Assembly (NCBI GenBank): GCA_034005205.1
Contig: JAVEVD010000001.1
Span: 33,197-97,196, forward strand
Length of the DNA: 64,000 nt
Source: Steroidobacteraceae bacterium
GTDB taxonomy: Bacteria > Pseudomonadota > Gammaproteobacteria > Steroidobacterales > Steroidobacteraceae
Direction of reading: 5' to 3'
Of this stretch, positions 45,379-52,822 are shown one piece after another. How positions within the stretch are numbered: the first letter of the stretch is position 1; each line of letters begins with the position of its first letter. The translations under genes were made by a program, and so were the position numbers. The notes under the pieces were generated by a model, which saw only the letters and a list, made by a program, of their open reading frames with translations, had not been told where the DNA came from and made no database searches.

Positions 45379-46779
45379 ATGCACGCCCGTCCACGAGCCA
45401 TCGCCCTCCTGTGGCTCACGCTCGCCGCCGCAGCGGCCGGCGTCACCGCGGCCGGGACGGCGCCTTCCGAGCAGGAATACTGGGCCGAGTTCGATCATCG
45501 AGACTGGCGGGGCGCCACCGAAACGGCCGAACGCCTCGTGGCCGCGGCGCGCGCCGACGCCGTACGCCAACCGCTGGCGCTCTCAGAAGCCCTTGCGCTG
45601 CTCGGCAACGCGCAGCTCGCCTCGGGCGACTTCGTGAGCGCCGAAAGCTCCTTCAGGGAAGCGCTCCAGCTCGCGCAGCGACACGCCCGCGCGATGAGCG
45701 CGAAGCTGCTCGATCCGATGCGCGGCCTCGGCTACACGCTGGCGGCCAGCGGCAAGCACGAGGAAGCCGCCGGCGTCCTCGAGCGCGCGCTGCTGGTGGC
45801 GCACCGCAATTACGGCCTGTTCGATCCAGGGCAGCAGGGAATTCTGCGACAGCTCGCGGCGAGCCTGACTCGCGCGGGACGGCTGGAAGAAGCCGGGCGC
45901 CGCATGGCGTATCTATTGCAGGTCGCCGAGCGGGCACACGGCAAGGACGATCCAGACCTCGTTCCCACCTTGTGCATCGTAGGCGGCTGGTACTCGGACG
46001 TCGCGCAGTTCGGCGCCGCCCGCGAAACGTTCCATCGCGCCCTGCAGATCGTCGAGAAGAAAAAAGGCCCCATGGATCTGGCGGCCGTACCGGCGTTGCG
46101 CGGGCTGGCGCGCTCATACACTCTGGAGGTCTACTACTCCACTCTGGGCGTACGCGTACGCAGCGGTCGCATTCCGTCCGACGCCGACGGCTCGAGCAAC
46201 GATCGGCAGCCGCTCGATCCCCGCTATCTGAGCTCCGCAGGCGAGAAGGCGCTGCAACGCGCGCTCGACATCATCGAGGCGCAGCCTGAACCTTCCCTCG
46301 ATCAGCATATCGACACGCTCATTCAGCTCGGGGACTGGATGCAGACCAAGCACCAGCCGGAGGACGCCCTGCCGCTGTATCGGCATGCTGCGCAATTGAT
46401 AGAGCAGCGCGCGGCGCAGACGCAGTCCGGCGAGCGCGGTGAACCGCCGGAGGGGCCGTTCAGTTTTCCGACGCGCGTCTGGTATCCGGCGCCCTGGCTC
46501 GCCACCCGCAACCTGACGGCTTCGCCAGAAGCCGTGGACGAGCGCTACGTGCAGCTCGAGTTTACGGTGACCAGCGACGGGTCGGTGGCTGATGCGAAGG
46601 TGGTCGACAGCGACGGCAGCAATCGGCAGATCGCTCAATCACTCGAAGCGATCCGCGCGGCGCGCTACCGGCCGAGATTCGAGAACGGCGAGCCGGTCGA
46701 CACCCCCGCGGTCACCCACCGCGAGGTGTTCAGGACTCGCCGCTCGACTCCACAGAGCGATCAAGAAGTCGGCAGTTGA
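45379..46779 (+). CDS. Secreted TPR-repeat protein with TonB C-terminal domain
   Basis: 466 aa. Signal MHARPRAIALLWLTLAAAAAGVTAAG. TPR-like helical repeats. C-terminus YVQLEFTVTSDGSVADAKVVDSDGSNRQIAQSLEAIRAARYRPRFENGEPV fits the TonB_C pattern. Confidence 0.75.
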   Translation: MHARPRAIALLWLTLAAAAAGVTAAGTAPSEQEYWAEFDHRDWRGATETAERLVAAARADAVRQPLALSEALALLGNAQLASGDFVSAESSFREALQLAQRHARAMSAKLLDPMRGLGYTLAASGKHEEAAGVLERALLVAHRNYGLFDPGQQGILRQLAASLTRAGRLEEAGRRMAYLLQVAERAHGKDDPDLVPTLCIVGGWYSDVAQFGAARETFHRALQIVEKKKGPMDLAAVPALRGLARSYTLEVYYSTLGVRVRSGRIPSDADGSSNDRQPLDPRYLSSAGEKALQRALDIIEAQPEPSLDQHIDTLIQLGDWMQTKHQPEDALPLYRHAAQLIEQRAAQTQSGERGEPPEGPFSFPTRVWYPAPWLATRNLTASPEAVDERYVQLEFTVTSDGSVADAKVVDSDGSNRQIAQSLEAIRAARYRPRFENGEPVDTPAVTHREVFRTRRSTPQSDQEVGS

Positions 46780-46810
46780 TGGCTCGCAAGAGCCGTCTCA
46801 TCGGGGTTCC

Positions 46811-47692
46811 TCAAAAATCGCCAGGGTGCGCGCCGGCCGCTTCCTTGCCGTCATCCGCCGCTTCATCTTCGAGCGCCGGTTCGTCTTCGAGCGCCGGCTG
46901 CTCGTCGCGCTGCGTCTCGGTCGCCGACTCCGACTGCGCGTCGCCCGTCGGCGCCTCGGATGTGGCCGATGACTCGGAATCGGACTGCGGCTCCAGCTGC
47001 ACCGCTTCGCCGGACTCTGCTTCTTCGGACTCTGCTTCGCCTGCGGACTGATCGCTCGGCGCCGGCGGCGCAGGACCATCATCGGCGGTGGGCTCCTGCG
47101 GCAGCAGCCCCCGCACGACCGCCTGCTCGCGAAACTCCACTGCGAGCTTCGCGCCTGCATCACGCATCGCGACCGCCGTGGCGGCGGCCAGCGGCGGCGC
47201 GCTCGACAGTCCCGCCGCCGGCGCTGACCCGTAGCCGGTGAAGCCCCACGAGTCGGCGAGCTTGCCGTCGGGCAGATATACGTTCACGCGATACTTGATG
47301 CTGACGGCGTAGAAGGACGAGCCGGCGTCGCGCGGGGTTACGAACGCGTACTCCTCGATGCTCGGCTCCAAGATCGCGGCGATCCCGTCGATTTGCGTCC
47401 CGGCGTTGACGCTGTCGACGGTGACGACGTGCTCGAACATGGCCGTGATCAACCGCTTCACGCCTTCGGTCTGGGCGGCGCCCAGCTCGACCTGCCACTT
47501 GGTGCTCCAGCGCTCCTCCTGGTGAACGTACTGCGAGAAATCCGGGGGCAGGAACAGCGCCACGCCGATCGGGATCTTCACGACCAGGGGCGGGGGGATA
47601 TTGGCGCTGGCCACGAGATGGACCGGACCACATCCCGCGAGCGCGACGGCGCAGGCGGCGAGCACCGAGACGATGAATTGGCGGGACTTCAC
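46811..47692 (-). CDS. Lipoprotein with acidic low-complexity tail (last gene of cluster)
   Basis: GTG start overlapping the upstream stop (GTGA). MKSRQFIVSVLAACAVALAGC lipobox. C-terminal Glu/Asp/Ser-rich about 90 aa. Confidence 0.7.
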   Translation of the reverse strand: MKSRQFIVSVLAACAVALAGCGPVHLVASANIPPPLVVKIPIGVALFLPPDFSQYVHQEERWSTKWQVELGAAQTEGVKRLITAMFEHVVTVDSVNAGTQIDGIAAILEPSIEEYAFVTPRDAGSSFYAVSIKYRVNVYLPDGKLADSWGFTGYGSAPAAGLSSAPPLAAATAVAMRDAGAKLAVEFREQAVVRGLLPQEPTADDGPAPPAPSDQSAGEAESEEAESGEAVQLEPQSDSESSATSEAPTGDAQSESATETQRDEQPALEDEPALEDEAADDGKEAAGAHPGDF

Positions 47693-48765
47693 GAGGACCT
47701 CGGTCGCGGGGGTTCGGCGCTGCGCGTCGGAGCAGCCGCCGCATCACCTATACGAAACTGCGGGCCGCGGCGTTCCGGATCGTCCAGCCCCACGAACGTG
47801 CCGCCGTTGCGCTGGCACATGATGCGCATCAGGGTGGCGAAGCGGATGCTGGTGTATTGCGGGGCGTCCGGGCGCACCGGGAAGCCGATCGCATGGATGC
47901 GCACGCGCCGCTCGCCGGTCTCGTCCTCGCGATTGATGATGTCCACGCCCTTGAGCACGGAGTCGATCGACGGCCCCGTGAACTCGTCGCCGAACACGTA
48001 CAGGCTGATTCTCTTGTCCTTCGAGTAATACGTGCGGATCGCCTCGACGATGCCTTCGATCGGGCTGGAGTTGGAGAACGCGTTCCAGGTGCGCAGCCGC
48101 TCGATGACCGTGCGGCGCTGCGAAGGAGTGTCGGGAATCCACTTGCCGCGATAACTCGTGAACATGTAGGCGCCTTCGTCATTCATCACCTGAAAGCCCT
48201 TCACGCGCGGGTAGATGTTCAGGGTCTCCTCCACCTTCTGCAGCATCAGCGGCCAGGCGTAATTGAACATGCTGCCCGAGGTGTCGATGATGAAAATGAT
48301 GTACTCGCTGTCTACGGGTATGCCGCCGATCGCATCGTCCTTCTTGCGGCGGAAACCTTCACCGAGCAGGCGTTTCATCTCCTCCGTCAGCGTCTGCTGC
48401 GCGGCGGCGAGCTGCCCTTCGAGCTGGTTGGCGACGTCGGCTTCCTGCCGGGAGGCGCGGTGACGGCCGCGCACATCGCTCAGATCGCCCTGCAGGCGCG
48501 CAATACGCGCTTTCACATCCGAAAGCTGTTCCTGCCGCGCGGCGAGATCCCGATTTAGGATCTCGCTCTGTCCTTCGATGTCGACCAGTTCGTCCTGCAG
48601 CTTCAGAAGCTGCGCCTGAAGATCCTCTTGCGCCTGCTCGATTTCCGGCGAGCGGATGTTGCTCAGCACCAGCAGCAGCACGACTGAACCCAGACCACAG
48701 GTGATGCAGTCCAGGAACGAGATGCTGAAGATCTCCGTCTCGCGGCGGATCATGCGGCGAGCCAC
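47689..48765 (-). CDS. TM-anchored coiled-coil vWA-domain protein (paralog 1) with ExbD/TolR-like Asp-containing anchor
   Basis: 358 aa. MARRMIRRETEIFSISFLDCITCGLGSVVLLLVL, about 110-aa heptad-rich region, vWA MIDAS start IIFIIDTSGSM. Confidence 0.8.
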   Translation of the reverse strand: MARRMIRRETEIFSISFLDCITCGLGSVVLLLVLSNIRSPEIEQAQEDLQAQLLKLQDELVDIEGQSEILNRDLAARQEQLSDVKARIARLQGDLSDVRGRHRASRQEADVANQLEGQLAAAQQTLTEEMKRLLGEGFRRKKDDAIGGIPVDSEYIIFIIDTSGSMFNYAWPLMLQKVEETLNIYPRVKGFQVMNDEGAYMFTSYRGKWIPDTPSQRRTVIERLRTWNAFSNSSPIEGIVEAIRTYYSKDKRISLYVFGDEFTGPSIDSVLKGVDIINREDETGERRVRIHAIGFPVRPDAPQYTSIRFATLMRIMCQRNGGTFVGLDDPERRGPQFRIGDAAAAPTRSAEPPRPRSS

Positions 48766-48844
48766 TACACCCTCCTGCTGCGCGGCGCAGCCATACCCGC
48801 GGCCGTCGTAGGATGCATGGTCGAGCGCCTCATGAGCCGCCGCT

Positions 48845-49939
48845 TCATGGCCAATCCTTCGACGGGCTCAGGAAGGAGCCGCCGGTGCGCCGCGCAGCGA
48901 GCCAGAACGCGCTCGGCGCCATCGGATCCCCCTCCATGGGCATGAGGATCACATTGAACGGCACGCCCTGGGGATACTTGGCGAACGCGCGCTCGAACAG
49001 CTTCAGCCGCGCATCGCCGTCGATGGTCTTGCGGATCATCGGCGCGCCGGCGCCCTGGGTCGGCAACCCGTCGGTGATCATGATTACGTTGTCCGGACGC
49101 GGATTGAGCGCATTCATCGCGGCGAACGCGTTCTCGACGCTGGTGCCGTCCTGCGGAATCGTCTTGCCGAGCGCCGCGAGCGCCTCGCTCATGGCGTTCG
49201 GATCGCTGACTTTCAGCCACTTGCCGTCCGTGTCGGGCGCCAGCGCCCATGCCTTGGTGTTGAACGCGTAGATCTGAAACTGGCTTTCCATCGGCATCTG
49301 CGCCGCAAGCCACTCGACCGTGGAGACCGTGCGGCGCCACTTCTCCGACAGGAGCTTGCGTGACTCCGGCATGTTGCGCATGCGCAGGATGTTGACCACC
49401 GTCTCATCGAGCATGCTCGCCGAAACGTCCACCAGCAGCACGATTCGCTGGCCGGAGATGCGCAACCCCGTGAGGTACTGGCGGTCCCCGGAGCCCACGA
49501 AACCGCGCACGCGCGTCCCGGGGGCGCTCACCTCCCGCGCCGCGCCCTCCAGGCGCCGCGCACCTTCCTCGAGCGACTTCAGATCGGCTTTCAGCCGCTC
49601 GATCGCCTCGCGCCGAGACAGTGTTTCCTTCTCCGCATCCGCGAGTTGCTCGCTCAGACGCTTGGTGTCTTCGATGATGCGCGCGCCCAGACCCTCGGTG
49701 CGCACGCGCTCTTGATCGGATTCGATGATCGAATTGCGCAACACGACCAGGCGCTGATAGCCCTCGAGCACCTGCTCTTCCATTTTCTCGACCTGCGCGC
49801 TCAGCTCCCGCGACTCGGTCGCGAGGCGCAGACCGCCCTGCGCGTTGATCAGCGTATAGACGAGCACCACCGACCCGAACGCGCAGGTGATGCAGTCGAG
49901 GAACGACATGCTGAAGACTTCAGTCTTGCGGCGCGCCAT
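48845..49939 (-). CDS. TM-anchored coiled-coil vWA-domain protein (paralog 2)
   Basis: 364 aa. MARRKTEVFSMSFLDCITCAFGSVVLVYTLI, coiled coil, MIDAS start IVLLVDVSASM. Confidence 0.8.
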   Translation of the reverse strand: MARRKTEVFSMSFLDCITCAFGSVVLVYTLINAQGGLRLATESRELSAQVEKMEEQVLEGYQRLVVLRNSIIESDQERVRTEGLGARIIEDTKRLSEQLADAEKETLSRREAIERLKADLKSLEEGARRLEGAAREVSAPGTRVRGFVGSGDRQYLTGLRISGQRIVLLVDVSASMLDETVVNILRMRNMPESRKLLSEKWRRTVSTVEWLAAQMPMESQFQIYAFNTKAWALAPDTDGKWLKVSDPNAMSEALAALGKTIPQDGTSVENAFAAMNALNPRPDNVIMITDGLPTQGAGAPMIRKTIDGDARLKLFERAFAKYPQGVPFNVILMPMEGDPMAPSAFWLAARRTGGSFLSPSKDWP

Positions 49940-51323
49940 CGTCGTTCACCAGCTGAATGAGCTCGAGCGTGACGCCAGGCGCTCCGAGGCGCAGACGATC
50001 GCCCACCGTGAGCACGGTGCGCCCGGAAACGCGTTCCTCATTCACGTACGAGCCGTAAGTGCTGTGGTCTTCGACCAGCACAGCGCCGTTGCGTCGTACG
50101 AGCGAGCAGTGCGCGCGCGACACGCCGGGCGCGGCGCCGGGCAGCGCCAGGGCGCGGCGCTCGGGCGGCACGGACCAGCCGACGACCAGCGGCTGCTCCG
50201 TGATGCGCCACGCGCGCCCTTGGAAAAGCACGTGCGTCGGACGCAACGGTGCGGGCGTCGCCTGCGGGTCCGAGGCGGTCAGGCTCCCTTCGGCGCGGGG
50301 CGTCGGCAGTTGATACACCAGCGCGAGTGCGTCGGCCGGCCTGCGGATCGCAGCTTCGTACTGCAGGGCGCCGAGCGCAGCAGCGCCGCTGGGCAGGACC
50401 TGGATCGTGCAATCGCGCAGCTTGTGCAGCTCCTCCAGAAGTCCCGGGAGCGCCGCGACTCGCGCCGAGACGCGCAGCTCGATCGGCATGCCAGCTACAC
50501 GCGCACCCTGCACGAGGCGCACGAGCTCGAGGTAATGTGACTGAACCGCCTCGATGAACTGCTCGCGCTCCAGTTCGATCTCCAGGGCGCGGCCGGCGAA
50601 CTGCATCGGCAGGCTGATGCGCTCGGCTTCGCGCAGCGCGGCCAGCCAGCCCGGCAGCTCATCGAGCAGGCGCTGCTCGCTGCTCGCCTCATGCAGCGGA
50701 TCGAAGCGCGTGCGGCGAACGAACTGCTCGGCGATAAATTTCATCCACGCCTGCTGCAGCGCCAGCACGCCGTGGCCCAGCGCAATCTCATAGCGGCTGC
50801 GTCGCAGGCCTCCCGGAGAACCGCCGGTCTGCTCCAGCACCGTGAGGATGGCCTGGTGCAGCTCCAGCTCGAGATGCAGCACGCGCTCGGGCGCAGGCTC
50901 GAGGCTGCAGGCGGCGAGTGCGGCGTCCACCAGCCCTGCAACTGGGAGTCCGGTTTCGTTCACCACGCCGAGCAGCAAGCTGAGCTGTTCGCGCGTGTAC
51001 CCGGCGGGCGCCGCCAGAAGCACGCCCTCCTCCTGCGACTTGTAAGAACCGAGCAGACTGCGCGCTTGCGCGAACGCGATGTCGGCCGGCGTACGCGCGA
51101 ACCGCGAGGCTCGCGTGAGCGGCGCAGTGCTCAGTCCACGCCAGAAACCGGTCTGCGCGAGCAGCGGCTTGAGGCGCACGCGGGCCGCCGCCTCGGCGCC
51201 GGTCACGATCCCCTGCTCGTCGAGAATCGCCATACCGGGCGCTTCCGCGACGACTTGCGCAGGCTCCTCGCCGTTGCGACGCGCAAGCACGAGACCCGAA
51301 TCGATGAGCGACAACGAAAGCAT
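49920..51323 (-). CDS. Degenerate Hsp70/actin-like ATPase-fold domain fused to C-terminal FHA domain
   Basis: 467 aa. The N-terminal about 340 aa are collinear with the DnaK nucleotide-binding domain (NBD) (VLLAAPAGYTREQLSLLLGVVNETGLPVAGLVDAALAA versus [35 protein letters not shown]), but the phosphate motifs are replaced. FHA: GVSRAHCSLVRRNGAVLVEDHSTYGSYVNEERV...VGDRLRLG. Confidence 0.7.
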   Translation of the reverse strand: MLSLSLIDSGLVLARRNGEEPAQVVAEAPGMAILDEQGIVTGAEAAARVRLKPLLAQTGFWRGLSTAPLTRASRFARTPADIAFAQARSLLGSYKSQEEGVLLAAPAGYTREQLSLLLGVVNETGLPVAGLVDAALAACSLEPAPERVLHLELELHQAILTVLEQTGGSPGGLRRSRYEIALGHGVLALQQAWMKFIAEQFVRRTRFDPLHEASSEQRLLDELPGWLAALREAERISLPMQFAGRALEIELEREQFIEAVQSHYLELVRLVQGARVAGMPIELRVSARVAALPGLLEELHKLRDCTIQVLPSGAAALGALQYEAAIRRPADALALVYQLPTPRAEGSLTASDPQATPAPLRPTHVLFQGRAWRITEQPLVVGWSVPPERRALALPGAAPGVSRAHCSLVRRNGAVLVEDHSTYGSYVNEERVSGRTVLTVGDRLRLGAPGVTLELIQLVNDDGAPQD

Positions 51324-51437
51324 TGATCGATAATTCGCGTGACGGGCGCCTGGCGACTCGTGATTAGCGGTTGCTCAGCGGCCGGCCAGTCTCCCGACCG
51401 CTGCCCCTACAAGCCACGGGTCGCCGGTCACTCATCT

Positions 51438-52271
51438 TCATCTCACTTGCATGTGCCTGATAAGGTTCTGATCGATCCAGTGGTCGGTGTCGTGGACGAA
51501 CTGTTCCTGCGCCTGCTGCACCTGGTGCAGGAAGAACATCAGAATGATGGTGAGCAGCAGGGCGACGAATGTGGCGTTGAAAGCGATGCCCAGGTCGGAA
51601 GTGACGCCGGTGATGTCGCCGGTCACCGCCTTGTGAGCCTGCAGCAGCGCATCGCCGATGTGGCGCACCGTGCCGATGAAGCCGATCGCCGGGATCGCCC
51701 AGGAGATGTAGCGGATCATCGCCAGGCCTGAGTCAAGCCGGTCCGCCTCGGAATCGCAGACGGCGCGCGCAGTCTCGGCGGAATCGCGGATGCTGCGCGT
51801 GGCTGCGAAGCGATCCAGCGTGCGCTTCAAGGCGCGCACGACCAGCATGGGCTTGTCTTCCTCGGGCAGCTCCTCGAGCTGGCGTGCGTAATCCTTCGCA
51901 TCTTCGGGCAACACCTTGATGCCCTCCGGCACATGGATCAGCTCGCGCTCGAGCAGCTTGCGCTCGCGGCGCACGAGCAGCCCCTTGTAGCCGAGTATCA
52001 GCAGCGCCCATATGAAATGAATGATCGCCGCTTCCTGTTCGTAGTCCTTGATGACCAGGAACACCGAGCGATCAGGCACATAGTCCGGATCGGCGCGCAT
52101 GCGCGCCTGCTCGGCGGCGATGACTTCCGCGCCGGCCGGCCGAATCCACGCCACGTAAGCCGCATGCACCGCCAGCACCGTGACGATGAGAGCGAACAGC
52201 GTGACGAAGAACTCGCTCGGATAGTGAAACCGGCGAGGCGTTGCGGCGTCCGAGGCTGTTGTCGTGACCAT
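51438..52271 (-). CDS. MotA/TolQ/ExbB-family proton-channel protein
   Basis: 277 aa, 4 predicted TM. C-terminal IPAIGFIGTVRHIGDAL...DLGIAFNATFVALLLTIILMFF matches the MotA_ExbB core (compare ExbB APFVGLFGTVWGIM...GIAEALLATAIGL). Confidence 0.8.
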   Translation of the reverse strand: MVTTTASDAATPRRFHYPSEFFVTLFALIVTVLAVHAAYVAWIRPAGAEVIAAEQARMRADPDYVPDRSVFLVIKDYEQEAAIIHFIWALLILGYKGLLVRRERKLLERELIHVPEGIKVLPEDAKDYARQLEELPEEDKPMLVVRALKRTLDRFAATRSIRDSAETARAVCDSEADRLDSGLAMIRYISWAIPAIGFIGTVRHIGDALLQAHKAVTGDITGVTSDLGIAFNATFVALLLTIILMFFLHQVQQAQEQFVHDTDHWIDQNLIRHMQVR

Positions 52272-52327
52272 GAATTTGAGTCTCTGCTTGGGTCCGCTCG
52301 GACGGCGCAGTCCTCGCGACCGGCGGA

Positions 52328-52822
52328 TCAGATGTCGATGGGGAACGAAACGTCGAAATCGGCGCGCACCTGCTCCGACGGCGTAAAGCGCTGCGGCGAG
52401 GCGCGGCCGGAAGCGTTCGAAGCCGGCGGCGGCGCGTCTCGCTGGTCTTCCTCGGCGGTCGGCGCAGACGGCTGCGCTTCGTCCTGGGCGCCGGCGGCGT
52501 CCTTGGCGGCGTGCACTTCGTCCTCCGAGACCTGCCGTCCAGGCGCATTCTCGGCGGACGCGGCGCTTTCGCCTGGCTGCGCCGCGGCGCCTGCGGGCGC
52601 CTCTGCGGTGAGCGCCGGCATCGGCGCCGCCGCTGCAGGCTTGGCCGACGCCGCGCTCACGCTGCGCGGCTGCAAAGCTTCCGTCGCGAACAAGATGGAG
52701 CCCGAGGTCGCCACCGCGGCAAGCATCACCGTCATTCGCATCTGCGGGTTCGAACCCCGCCGGCGCCGCGATCGATCCGTTGAACGATTCATGTCCACCC
52801 TCTCATACGCGCATCGCCTCAA
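52328..52822 (-). CDS. Ala/Pro/Glu-rich secreted hypothetical protein (start uncertain: 52822, 52792 or 52741)
   Basis: Signal-like MRMTVMLAAVATSGSILFATEA, a low-complexity middle, C-terminus RFTPSEQVRADFDVSFPIDI. The longest start overlaps the upstream stop by 4 nt. Confidence 0.5.
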   Translation of the reverse strand: MRRCAYERVDMNRSTDRSRRRRGSNPQMRMTVMLAAVATSGSILFATEALQPRSVSAASAKPAAAAPMPALTAEAPAGAAAQPGESAASAENAPGRQVSEDEVHAAKDAAGAQDEAQPSAPTAEEDQRDAPPPASNASGRASPQRFTPSEQVRADFDVSFPIDI

